Part shown: piece after piece, positions 39,007 through 51,339 of the stretch
Numbering within the stretch: the first letter of the stretch is position 1
Layout of the letters: the number at the start of each line of letters is the position of its first letter
DNA from: Felis catus
Lineage: Eukaryota
Reading direction: 5' to 3'
NCBI RefSeq assembly: GCF_018350175.1
Contig: NC_058368.1
Span: 209,314,001 to 209,378,000, forward strand
Length of the DNA stretch: 64,000 bases
Made by a program: the position numbers and the translations under genes
The notes under the pieces: generated by a model
Databases searched by the model: none
What the model was told of the DNA's origin: nothing
What the model saw: only the letters and a program-made list of their open reading frames with translations

Positions 39007-39165
39007 GACGTCGAAGTGGAGTTTGATTCTTGTATGGTTGAGCACGGTCTCAGTGCAGTGGAGTGGGCACACAGAATGCTGCCCTTTTCTCGGTTTTCTA
39101 ATATTGAAGAACTTATTCAGGATCTAATTTTGAGCCTTATTGGAGAACTGCCACCAATCAGAAAG
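39007..39165 (+). CDS. CPLANE1: CPLANE1 exon 21 in window (DVEVEFDSC...PPIRK), 159 nt
   Basis: atttag|GAC acceptor; AAG|gtaatg donor. Confidence 0.92.
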
Positions 39166-39282
39166 GTAATGTGAATGTAGGTGAAAAAAACTAAATGAAA
39201 ATCAGAGACATTGAAGGATTTTTACTTTATTTTAATTAAAAATGATGTTGCTCATGAAACCCTTTTTTTAATTTTTCTGAAG

Positions 39283-39391
39283 GTAGCAGAAATTTTTGTG
39301 AAAGCATTTCCCAATCCCGAGGACATAAGGGTTCCTTTAAGAGAAAAATATCACTGTCTTCAACAGAGACTCAGACACTGTGTTGTGAAAG
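39283..39391 (+). CDS. CPLANE1: CPLANE1 exon 22 in window (VAEIFVKAFP...CVVK), 109 nt
   Basis: ctgaag|GTA acceptor; AAG|gtagta donor; ORF 39211..39423. Confidence 0.92.
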
Positions 39392-39559
39392 GTAGTATTT
39401 GTCATTTCTTAGATATCTGGTAGATAAATTGCTGAAGATTCCTCGGAAAGCATGTAGTTTCTAGTGCTTATGTTTTTATGCAGTTCTCCTTTCCTTGAAG
39501 ACAGTGTAAGAAGGCAGAAAGAAGCACTCCTCTATTACTGAAGCACCAGTTTTGTTTTG

Positions 39560-39760
39560 GAACCAGATAAAGATGACTTCATGTCATGGCTCTGTCAGTT
39601 AATGACTGTGTGACTATAGGCAAGTTGCCCAGTCTCTCTCAGCTCCGTTTCTTTATATGTAAAACGGGTGTATTATTACCTACTTTATGGATGTGTATTA
39701 AAAGAGGGTTAAATAAGGTAAAATATATAAAATAAGCATACAGTGCTTTGTGTAAGGCAG
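39560..39760. mobile_element. MIR relic
   Basis: ctgtgtgactataggcaagtt...tttctttatatgtaaaacggg. Confidence 0.6.
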
Positions 39761-40374
39761 ATATTTTGTTGAAAACTAATATTCTTCTTCCTTCTAATTT
39801 TATCCTATACATTCAGGATGCCCTTGTGGAAAATTTGTTTTTATTGTGGTTAAAACATACATAATATAAAATTTAATATTTTAAGTGTACAATTCAGTGA
39901 CATTAACTACATTCATAATGTGGAAATTTTTAAAGAATTCAAATTACCTTTTTTTATAACTTAATCTAGTATTTAAGTCTATTTATGTCCTATGATCAAT
40001 CATACATTATTGCATTAATATATTTGTGGTTTATATTTTTCTTAAGACTTTTTTGACATTCTCTAAAATGTATAGTGTATACATTATATATATATATTAA
40101 TGTATAATAATGTTTAAACTTTTTTCTGTAGGCAGCCTTGAAAAACTTACATTCCTGTTTCCCACTATTTGAAGTGAAAAAGGTGTCTTTGTTTCTTTGA
40201 CTAAAATTATACTCATTTTCTCTTATTCACCACTCTTGGGAATGAAAAAATAGTAGTGATTCTTTTTATAATTATCTGTCTGATTTTTTAAATAGTTAAG
40301 TTACTTCTTAATTTTTTGTTTTCCAGAGCACATGTTTTTATGGAGTCTGGGCTCTGTCCCTTTTATTGTTCTTT

Positions 40375-41010
40375 TTTATTTTTTTTTTATTTTTTATTTT
40401 TTTTCAACGTTTATTTATTTTTGGGACAGAGAGAGACAGAGCATGAACAGGGGAGGGGCAGAGAGAGAGGGAGACACAGAATCGGAAACAAGCTCCAGGC
40501 TCCGAGCCATCAGCCCAGAGCCTGACGCGGGGCTCGAACTCACGGACCGCGAGATGGTGACCTGGCTGAAGTCGGACGCTTAACCGACTGCGCCACCCAG
40601 GCGCCCCCCTTTTATTGTTCTTTAATGGACCTTCTCTAACTTCTGCAATTCTACCTTAAAATATGCACCATAGCTTTCTGACAAATACAAAGCATGCTCT
40701 GTAAGAATGTGGAAATGAGTCTTAGTCATCAGTTGGATTCCATGTTCCCAGGAGGGACTGGAATTGGGTCCCCTTCTGTCTTTTTAAAATTTTTTAAAAA
40801 TATTTTTAAATTTATTTTGAGAGAGAGACAGAGAGCGTGAGTGGGGGAGGGGGAGAGAGAGAGAGAAGGGGAGGGGAATCTCAAGCAGGTTCCATGCCAT
40901 CAGCACAGAGCTGGATGAGAGGCTCAAACTCATGGAACTCATGAACAGTGAGATCATGACCTGAGCCAAAACTAAGAGACACATAACCGACTGAGCCACC
41001 CAGGTGCCCC
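40375..41010 (-). mobile_element. Two antisense Can-SINEs (young copy 40375-40606; about 40785-41010)
   Basis: TSD CCTTTTATTGTTCTTT around the first. Confidence 0.88.
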
Positions 41011-41081
41011 GGATCCCTTTGTGTCTTGAGTTGAAACATTTTAAGGTGTTGTAATAAGGCTTTTTGTTTTTTCCCTTATAG

Positions 41082-41382
41082 GTCCCCAAACTGAGGAAAT
41101 GATGTCTGTTATTATGCATTCTATTCATAAAGTGAGAGTGAAAGCCCTAAAACGTGTGCAAAGAAATATAGGTTCTTTTGAAATGAATATCTGGGAACCA
41201 ATTGAAGAAGAAAAACCAGCTGAGGTTCTGGGTTTTGATAGGTTTTCCCTAGGAACTAGTTTGAGCAGGAGCACACTCACAGAACTGGGGAATTCTCTAG
41301 TCCACAGTGATGCAGATACAGCAGATACCTTCTCTGAAGCATTGTCAGTTGAAGAAAAAAGTAGGATACATTTCTCTGAAAG
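41082..41382 (+). CDS. CPLANE1: CPLANE1 exon 23 in window (GPQTEEMMS...HFSER), 301 nt
   Basis: ttatag|GT acceptor; AAG|gtacag donor; ORF 41099..41392. Confidence 0.93.
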
Positions 41383-42185
41383 GTACAGTTGAGATCTCTT
41401 AATAGTAAGCATTCACTTCCTTTGGAAAAAAATATTTTCAGCAGTTCACGCAACAGATGAGTTGATTTCTTGTCCCAGAAACCTCACTGATTGCAGTGTT
41501 AACAATATGAGTGATAAGTGCTACCCTCCTTTACTCACAAGAATATTAGGAGTGTAAAATGAAACTATATGTTTGAAAATTTATTTAAAATATTGAGATA
41601 TGAAATAATTTTCCTACCTGATAGTATAAAATCGGGTAAGTAGATGAAATTGTAGAGTTCACTGGGAGGCTTTTACTGTTTTTAGTAATCTTCAGGTTTA
41701 AATAGTTTAAGATTATTGGGTTAGCTATATTATTTTTAAGGGATTCCAGGGAAAGAAATTGCACGTTCATCTTTGAAACTTGTTTATAAATTGTTGAGAA
41801 ATTCTTATCATTTAAACCTCTATTACTCTAGCTAGATTTTTTCTTTATAATTCCATTATCTGCAATGAAGTTTATCCTTCCGGTGACTGAAAGACTAATC
41901 AGCCATAATCTTGTTTAAATGAAATAACTTTATCGACTTCAAATATAAGCATCTGCTTAAACCATGCCTCATAGTATTAGAAATGGTGTGCTTGTTTCAC
42001 CAGACGATTTCAGTGTTAGCACAGGAATACAATGGCGGCTGCTTGTTGTGCCTTCTTAATAAGAGACATAGACCTGCAGCCCAGGTGTCTAACACGAGCC
42101 CTTTCTTTCCCTTATTGGGGGAACTAGGAATCTGTTCTTCCCTAAGGACCATGGTTAAAGGAAACAGATTTAAAAGTAATTGTGA

Positions 42186-43942
42186 CCCAATGCTAATATC
42201 ATCTTCAATGGGGAAAAACTGAGAGCGTTCCCCTAAGGTCAGGAACAAGACAGGGATGTCCACTCTCGCCACTGTTATTCAACATAGTATTGGAAGTCTT
42301 AGCCTCTGCAATCAGACAACACAAAGAAATAAAAGGCATCCAAATAGGTCAGGAGGAGGTCAAACTTTCACTCTTTGTAGGTGACATGATACTCTATATG
42401 GAAAACCCAAAAGCTTCCACCAAAAAACTGCCAGAACTGATTCATGAATTCAGCACAGTTGCAGGATACAAAATCAATGCACAGAAATCGGTTGCATTCC
42501 TATACACCAACAATGAAGCGACAGAGAAATCAAGGAATCAATCCCGTTTACAGTTGCACAAAAAACCATAAAATACCTAGGAATAAATCTAACCAAAGAG
42601 GTGAAAAATCTATACACTGAAAACTATAGAAAGCTTATGAAAGAAAATTAAAGAAGACACAAAAAAAATGGAAAAAGATTCCATGCTCCTGGATGGGAAG
42701 AACAAATATTGTTAAAATGTCGATACTACCCAAAGCAATCTATATATTCAATGCAATCCCTATCAAAGTAACACCAGCATTCTTCACAGAGCTAGAACAA
42801 ATAATTCTAAAATTTGTATGGAACTAGAAGAGACCCTGAATAGCCAAAGCAATCTTGAAAAAGAAAACCAAAGCAGGAGGCATCACAATCCCAGACTTCA
42901 AGCTATACTACAAAGCTGTAATCATCAAGACAGTATGGTACTGGCACGAGAACAGACACTTAGATCAGTGGAACAGAATAGAGAACCCAGAAATGGACCC
43001 ACAAATGTATAGCCGACTAATCTTTGTCAAAGCAGGGAAGAATATCCAGTGGACTGAAGACAGTCTCTTCAGCAAGTGGTACTGGGAAAACTGGACAGTG
43101 ACATGCAGAAGAATGAACCTGGAGCACTTTCTTACACCATACATAAAAATAAACTCAAAATGGATGAAAGACCTCAGTGTAAGACAGGAAGCCATCAAAA
43201 CCCTCGAGGAGAAAGCAGGCAAAAACCTCTTTGATCTTGCCCGCAACTTCTTACTCAACACATCTCCAGAGGCAAGGGAAACAAAAACAAAAATGAACTG
43301 CTGGGACCTCATCAAAATAAAAAGCTTCTGCACAGCGAAGGAAACAATCAGCAAAACTAAAAGACAACCGACAGAATGGGAGAAGATATTTGCAAATGAC
43401 ATATCAGATAAAGGCTTAGTATCCAAAATCTATAAAGAACTTATCAAACTCCACACCCAAAAAACAGATAATCCAGTGAAGAAATGGATGAAAGACATGA
43501 ATAGACACTTCTCCAAGGAAGACATCCAGATGGCCAACCGACACATGAAAAAATGCTCAACATCACTCATCATCAGGGAAATACAAATCAAAACCACCAT
43601 GAGATACCACCTTACACCTGTCAGAAGGCTAACATTAACAACTCAGGCAACAACAGATGTTGGTGAGGATGCGGAGAAAAAGGATCTCTTTTTGCGTTTG
43701 TTGGTGGCAATGCAAGCTGCTGCAGCTACTCTGGAAAACAGTATGGAGGTTCCTCAAAAAACTAAAAAGAGAACTACCCTACGACCCAGCATTTGCACTA
43801 CTAGGCATTTATCCAAGGGATATAGGTGTGCTGTTTTGAAGGGACACATGCACCCCAATGTTTATAGCAGCACTGTCAACAATAGCCAAAGTATGGAAAG
43901 AGCCCAGATGTCCCTTGATGGATGAATGGATAAAGAAAATGT

Positions 43943-43988
<46 letters not shown>

Positions 43989-44081
43989 TGTGTGTGTATA
44001 TATATATATGTATACACACACACACACACATATATATATATACACATATATATACACACACATATATATATATATACACAC

Positions 44082-44114
<33 letters not shown>

Positions 44115-44502
44115 TACACAATGGAGTATTACTCGGCAATCAAAAAGAATGAAATGTTGCCATTTGTGACTACGTGGATGGAACTAGAGGGTATTATGCT
44201 AAGTGAAATTAGAGAAACACAAGTATCATATGACTTCACTCATATGAGGACTTTAAGAGACAAAACAGATGAACATAAAGGAAGGGAAATAAAAATATTA
44301 TAAAAACAGGGAGGGGGACAAAACAGAAGAGATTCATCAGTATGGGGAACAAACGGAGGGTTGCTGGAGGGGTTGTGGGAGAGGGGATGGGCTAAATGGG
44401 TAAGGGGCATTAAGGAATCTACTCCGGAAATCATTATTTCACTATATGCCAACTAATTTGGATGTAAATTTTAAAAAATTAAAAATAAAATTAAAAAAAA
44501 AT
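42186..44502 (+). mobile_element. 5'-truncated feline-type L1 (ORF2 from RT to C-terminus, plus 3' UTR), inactive
   Basis: ORFs 42290..42571 (FADD motif degenerated to FVGD) and 42855..43925; poly-A; TSD AAAAGTAATT(G/A)TGA at 42172-42185 and 44503-44516. Confidence 0.95.
43944..44120. repeat. Compound (TG)n/(TA)n/(CA)n microsatellite inside L1
   Basis: direct reading. Confidence 0.95.
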
Positions 44503-45038
44503 AAAAGTAATTATGATTGGCAGTTAAAATGTTCGCCTAGCAGGTTTAATAGCAGTAGAAAGTTTAGAAAAAATGCCCCACTCTTGTGTCTTGAAGGCAT
44601 TCCTGCTTATTGTACCTTGTACAGGGGGAGCTGAAAGGTGCAGATGCAAAAAACAAGAAACCATAAATTAGGATGTATGTTGGTGGCTTGTGATTTCTGT
44701 TGACTTTGGATTCCTAAATTCTCACTTGTTAGAGGACCTTTTTGTTTTTTTCAAAAATTCATGTTTTTAAAAGTGAAATTTCTGTGAACACATTTCAGTC
44801 TTTTTTAACTCAAATTTCCCCTTTTGATATTTTATTTTTTCACTAAGAATGTTCAGCTCTAGTCAACACTTAGAGATCATTTAATCTAACCCCTCTTTTG
44901 AAAGATACGTAATTGAGGCATTAAAAGTATATATATATAATTCAGTCACGGAGAGAATTTTCATTGTCAATTCTAACATCCGTTTTTTTCTATTAAATAA
45001 TCTTTAATTTTGTCTTTTTCAATTTTGTTTTGCTGTAG

Positions 45039-45951
45039 AAATGCCCCAAATCACATGGAATTAAAATTGATTAATAAGCCCAAGGAAAAAAAGAAGATAT
45101 GTAATCAGAGAGAAAATCTTGAAAGAAAAGATCATGAAAAGCTATTACAAAATGCACTGCCTGTAATAGGTGTTTGGGAATTTGAACGTGATGATGATGA
45201 ATATATTAAATTCCTTGATCTCTTCTTGAGTTATGTTCTTGAAAGAGACCTACTTGATTCTAAGGATCCTGGCATTCCATTTCTAACCAGTTTTTCTGGA
45301 CATCTTAGAGAATATGAACTTAATTCTTTACTTTTTGATGTACATACAACATTAAAACGACGTCGAAGCAAAACCAAAAGCCAAAATGTGTTTAGAGCTG
45401 GCTCTTGTTTTGTTGTTGCTCCTGAGTTACATGAGTCTGAAAAGCCAGAAAACCAAGCACTTTCAGCTTCAGTACTGGATCAAGGAATCAGGTCATTTTT
45501 AGAGAACCCTTTGAATGAAGTTGGTAAAATTGAAGGGACAAGTGGATTGTTCGGTTTAAAACAAAAGTCAGTTTACAGAACACAAGATGACAGTTCAGGG
45601 AAACCTTTAGTCCAGAGATTGTCGAAATTGTCGAACCATATGTTTTGGACTCCCAAGACCGACAAAACTAGAAGATGTATTTTCAAAGCAGTTCAATGCA
45701 GTGATATTAACCCTCAAGAAGATCTTCCTTTAGCACTAAATAACACATTTGGCAGTATAAGAAGGCTGCTGGAATGGATGATAAGGTGGTCTGACAGAAG
45801 ACTGCTCTGTGATCCTAGTCTCACTGAGTTATCCTGTGAGTATAGTCCCGTCATTCGTGTAAAGACCTCTACAGCTGCCATTCTTACATCATTGTGGCTT
45901 TTGGAACAACCCTATTTTGCTACATATAAGGGAAAAAATGCCATTTTTAAG
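45039..45951 (+). CDS. CPLANE1: CPLANE1 exon 24 in window (NAPNHMEL...NAIFK), 913 nt
   Basis: ctgtag|A acceptor; AAG|gtaagt donor; ORF 45010..45963. Confidence 0.94.
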
Positions 45952-46803
45952 GTAAGTCCTTGAATTCTTTATTGCATACAAATGAGAATTCTCATTGTAG
46001 ATTGAAACTATTTTTATATTTCTCCATCTATTAAAGAATCACCAGGCAACAAGTTAATGACAATGTTAATTATATAATCTGCATCATCAGATTTTTTTTC
46101 TTCAAGTGATTCTTTTAATTCTTAAAAATAATTAGGGTAAATGTGTTTTCAAAGAGGCTTTGAGATTTTGAGGTTTTATGTGTGTTTATAAAAAAAAGGA
46201 GGAGGAAAAAGGAGATAATTTTAAGTGATACTACAGGTGGTATAACATTTATATTCTTTCTCTTTAAAGTTTCAGGTTTGGTTCAGATGAAGAAGGGGTA
46301 GGCAGCTACACAGTTTTTATTACTGTAGTCTCATCATATACATTAAGGGATCATTTTTCTTATAGTCTTGGCCAGAAGTTGGAGAACCAAACCGGGGAAG
46401 GAAGATAGGTTTCAGTAGAGAAGTTAGTGCTTATTAGTTATTTTTTCTTTTCTCTACTCAATGGTAACTGGAAGGCTGCTGTTTTACCCTGTTTGTGAAG
46501 ACAAATATTTTTATGTAAATATGATTGAGTGATTGTTTTTGCACTGGAAAAAAACTACAGAGGTGAATTTTTTGGAAAACAAATTTATGTTTGTTATAGT
46601 TGTTATGGTTGGGAAATGGACTTTTTTAATATTTGGAAGATTCCATAGTTTCTAATTTTTCCTGTTTTGTTCCCCTCAGTTTTATTGAGGTATAATTGAC
46701 AAAATTGTAAGATATTTAAAGTATGTATTGTGATGATTTAATATGCATATACATAGTAAAAGGATTCCCCTCATCTGGTTAACACATTCAACGCCTCACA
46801 TAC

Positions 46804-46805
<2 letters not shown>

Positions 46806-46847
<42 letters not shown>
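46806..46847. repeat. (TG)n microsatellite
   Basis: direct reading. Confidence 0.95.
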
Positions 46848-46848
<1 letters not shown>

Positions 46849-46993
46849 CATATAAGTTCTACTGTCTTAGCAAATTTGACATATAAGTTCTACTCTCTTA
46901 GCAAAATTCTATAATGTGGTGTTGTGAACTATAGTTACTATGATACTACATTAGCTCCCCAGACCTTATTTACCTTACAACTGAAAGTTTGTA

Positions 46994-49365
46994 TAGGCAT
47001 ACTTAGTTTTATTGCACTTTGCTTTATTGCACTTTGCTTTATTGCACTTTGCAGATACCATGTTTTTTACAAATTGAAGATTTGTGGCATTGAGCATTGA
47101 GCAAATCTGTCTGCATCATTTTCTAACAACATTTGCTCACTTCATGTCTCTGTGTCACATTTTGGTAATTCTTGCAATATTTTAAACTCTTTCATTGTCC
47201 TCATATTTGTTATGGTGATTTATGACCAATGATCTTTAAAAAAATTTTTTTTTAACGTTTATTTATTTTTGAGACAGAGAGAGACAGAGCATGAACGGGG
47301 GAGGGTCAGAGAGAGAGAGACACAGAATCTGAAACAGGCTCCAGGCTCTGAGCTGTCAGCACAGAGCCCCACACGGGGCTCGAGCTCATGGACCGCGAGA
47401 TCATGACCTGAGCCGCAGTCAGACACTTAACTGACTGAGTCACCCAGGCGCCCCTGACCAATGATCTTTGATGTTACTATGGTAATTGCTTTGGAGTACC
47501 ACAAACCATGCCCATTTTAGATGGTGAACTTTATCAATAAATGTGTGTGATTTGACTCTACCACCAACTGGCTGTTCCCCCATCTCTCTCTCTCTCTCCT
47601 GGGATCTCCAAGTGAGACACAACAGGGTTGAAATTAGGTCAGTGAGTAACCCTTCAATGGCCTCTAACTGTTCAAGTGAAAGGAAGAATCACATGACTCT
47701 CACTTTGAGTCAAAAGCTAGAAATGATTGGGGCGCTTGAGTGACTCAATTGGCTAAGGGTCCGATTTTTTATTGCAGCTCAGGTCACAATCTCACAGTTT
47801 GTGGGATCAAGCCTTACATCAAGCTCTGCACTAACAGCGTGGAGTTTGCTTGGGATTCTCTGTCTCCCCCTGTCTCTGCCCCTCCCCCACTTGCATGCAC
47901 ACGCTCTCTCTCTGTTAAAATAAATAAACTTTATAACATTTTTGTTTAATGTTTATTTATTTTTGGGACAGAGAGAGACAGAGCATGAACGGGGGAGGGT
48001 CAGAGAGAGGGGGAGACACAGAATCAGAAACAGGCTCCAGGCTCCAAGCCATCAGCCCAGAGCCTGATGCGGGGCTCGAACTCACGGACCGCGAGATCGT
48101 GACCTGGCTGAAGTCGGACGCTTAACCGACTGCGCCACCCAGGCGCCCCCCTTTTTTTTTTTTAATTTTTTTTTTCAACGTTTATTTATTTTTGGGACAG
48201 AGAGAGACAGAGCATGAACGGGGGAGGGGCAGAGAGAGAGGGAGACACAGAATCAGAAACAGGCTCCAGGCTCTGAGCCATCAGCCCAGAGCCTGACGTG
48301 GGGCTCGAACTCACGGACCGCGAGATTGTGACCTGGCTGAAGTCGGACGCTTAACCGACTGCGCCACCCAGGCGCCCCAAATAAACTTTAAAAAAAAAGC
48401 TACAAATGATTAAGCTTAGTGAGGAAGGCATGTTGAAAGCTGAGATAGGCCAAAAGCTAGACTTCTTGAGCAAGGTAGCCAAATCCAGCTTTTCCAAAGG
48501 AAAAGTTCCCAGAGGAAACTAAAAGTGCTAGTCCAGTGAACACATGAATGATAAGAACACGAAACAGCCTTATTGCTGATGCAGAGAAAGTTTTAGTAGT
48601 CTGGATGGAAGATCAGAGCAGCCATAACATTCCCTTAAGCCAAAGCCTAGTCCAGAGCAAGGCCCTGACTCTCTTCAATTCTATGAAGCCTGAGGGAGGT
48701 AAGGAAGCTGCAGAAGAACAATTTGAAGCTAAGCAGAGGTTGGTTCATGAGGTTTAGGGAAAGAAGCCATCTTCAGAACATAGAAGTGCAAGGTGAAGTA
48801 GCAAGTGCTGATGTGGAAGCTCTAGCAAGTTATCTGGAAGATCTAGCTAAAATAATTAATGAAGGTGGTTACACTAGACAACAGTGTAGTCAATTTTCGG
48901 TGTAGACAAAATGGCCTCATACTGGAAGAAGATGCCATCTAGGATTTTAATAGTTAAAGAAGAGAACTCAGTGCCTGTATTCAAAGGATAGGCTGACTCT
49001 TTTATTAGGAGCTAATGTAGCCAGTGTCTTTAAGTTGAAGCCAGTGCTAATTTACCATTCTGAAAGTCCTAAGGCCCTTAAGAATTATGCTCAGTCTACT
49101 CTGCATATGCTCCATAAATGGAGTAACAAAGTCTGGATGACAGCACATCTGTTTATAAACATGGTTTACTGAATATTTTAAGCCTACTGTTGAGACCTCT
49201 TACAAAAAAAGATTTCTTTCAAAAGATTACTGCTCACTGAAAATGCACCTGGTCATCCAAAAGCTTCGATGGAGATATACTGTGAAATTAATGTTTTCAT
49301 ACCTGCTCACAACTACATCCATTCTTCAGCTTGTGGATTAAGGAGTAATTTTGACTTTGAAGTCT
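46994..49365 (+). mobile_element. Tigger1 DNA transposon, 3'-truncated, with degenerate transposase and four nested SINEs
   Basis: TA followed by (T)AGGCATAC...TTTATTGC left end; peptides [51 protein letters not shown] match the recalled Tigger1 pogo-like transposase. Confidence 0.92.
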
Positions 49366-49429
49366 TTTTTTTTGTTTTGTTTATTTAAGCAATCACTACA
49401 TGATCATATGGCGGTTCTAATTTTAATTT

Positions 49430-51285
49430 CTTTAAAAATTAAAAAAAATTAATGTTTTTATTTATTTTTGAGACAGAGACAGAGCATGATCAGGGGAGGG
49501 ACAGAGAGAGAGGGAGACATAGAATCTGAAGCAGGCTCCAGGCTCCGAGCTGTCAGCACAGAGCCCGATGTGGGGCTGAAACTCACAAACTGTTGAGATC
49601 ATGACCTGAGCCAAAGTTGGATGCTTAACTGACTGAGCCACCCAGGTGCCCCTTTAAAAAAATTTTTTTTAATGTTTATTTATTTTTAAGAGAGAGAGAC
49701 AGAGTGTGAGTAGGGTTGAGGTAGAAAGAGAAGGAGACCGAGACAGAATTCGAAGCAGACTCCAGGCTCTGAGCTGTCAGTCAGCCCAGAGTCCCTGCGG
49801 TGCTCAAACTCACAAACTGTGAGATCATGACCCGAGCCGAAGTTGGATGCTTAACCTACTGACCCACCCACGTGCCCCTCTAATTTTAATTTCTTGAGCA
49901 GCCACCATAAGGCTGTACTGTGTTTTCCTTTGTGGCTGTACTGGTTTACATACCCACCAACAGTGTACAAGGGTTCAGTTTTCTCTACATTCTTCCCAGC
50001 ATTTGTTTCTTGTCTTTTTGATAATAGCAATTCTACCAGGTGTGAGGTGATATCTCATTGTGGTTTTGATTTGCATTTCCTTGATAATTAGTGATGTTAA
50101 GTACCTTCTCATGTACCTGTTGGCCATCTGTATGTCTTCTTTGGAAAAATGTTTACCCAGATCCTCTGCCCATTTTTTAATCAGCTGGGTTTTTTTTGTT
50201 TTTGTTTTTGTTTTTGTTTTTTGTTTGCTATTGAGTTGTAGGACTTTTAAAATATATTTTAGGTATTAACCTCTGATCAGATATATGATTTGCAAATATT
50301 TTCTTACAGTCAGTAGGTTGCCTTTTCATTTTGTTGATGGTTTCCTTTGCTGTGCAGAAGCTTGCTAGTTTGATGTAGTCCCACTTGTTTATTTTTGCTT
50401 TTGTTGTCTTTGCTTTGGTATCAAATAAAAAAAAAAATCATTGTCAAGACCAGTTTCAAAGAGTTTACTATCTATGTTTTCTTCTGGGAGTTTTATGGTT
50501 TCAAATCTTACATTCAAGTCTTTTCATTCTTTTCGAGTTGATTTTTGTTTATGGTGTAAGATAGGGGTCTGGTTTCATTCTTTTGCATGTGGTTATCCAG
50601 TCTTCCTAGCACTATTTTCTGAAGAGACTATCCTTCCCTGGTTGAATATTCTTAGCTCCTTTGTCAAAATAATTGACCATATATGCATGAGTTTTTATTT
50701 CTGGATTCTCTATTCTGTTCCATTGATACATATGTCTGTTTTTATGCTAATTCTATACTGTTTATTAGTTTGGTAATATAGTGTGAAATCAGGAAGCATG
50801 ATACCTCCAGCTTTGTTTTTCTTTCTTAAGATTTCTTTGACTGGGTTTTGTTTTTTTTGTGGTTCCATATAAATTTTAGGATTGTGTGGGGTTTTTTGTG
50901 TGTATGTGTGTGTGTATAATATACCATTGGAGTTTTGATAGGGATTGCACTGAATCTCTAGATTGCTTTGGGTAGTATAGACATCTTAACAATATTAATT
51001 CTTGTAATCCATGAGCACAGAATATCTTTCCATTTATTTGTGTTGTCTTCAGTTTCTTTCATCAGTGTCTTCCTGTTTTTAGAGTACAGGTCTTTCACCT
51101 CCTTGGTTAAATTTATTCCTAGATATTTTATTTTTGATTAAGTTTTCTTTCTGATAATTCATTGTGTATCCAAATGCAACTGATTTTCATATTGATTTTG
51201 TATCCTGCAATTCATTTATTTTAACCTTTTTTTTTTCAGTAGGGTTTTAGGATTTTCTTTTTTTTTTTTTTTAAGTTTCTTTATT

Positions 51286-51339
<54 letters not shown>

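Noticed and set aside
41880..42120. Possible intronic snoRNA or other ncRNA
   Set aside because: I could not identify a convincing C/D or H/ACA box arrangement; an Rfam search would be needed.
42855..43925. 356-aa ORF as a host gene or active retrotransposon
   Set aside because: It is an L1 ORF2 fragment. The element is 5'-truncated, frameshifted, and its RT motif reads FVGD.
43809..44303. Overlapping CV/YI/HT-repeat ORFs
   Set aside because: Translation artefacts of a dinucleotide microsatellite.
47657..49365. Domesticated TIGD1-like transposase gene
   Set aside because: It is interrupted by SINEs, frameshifts and stops, and lacks its 3' end.
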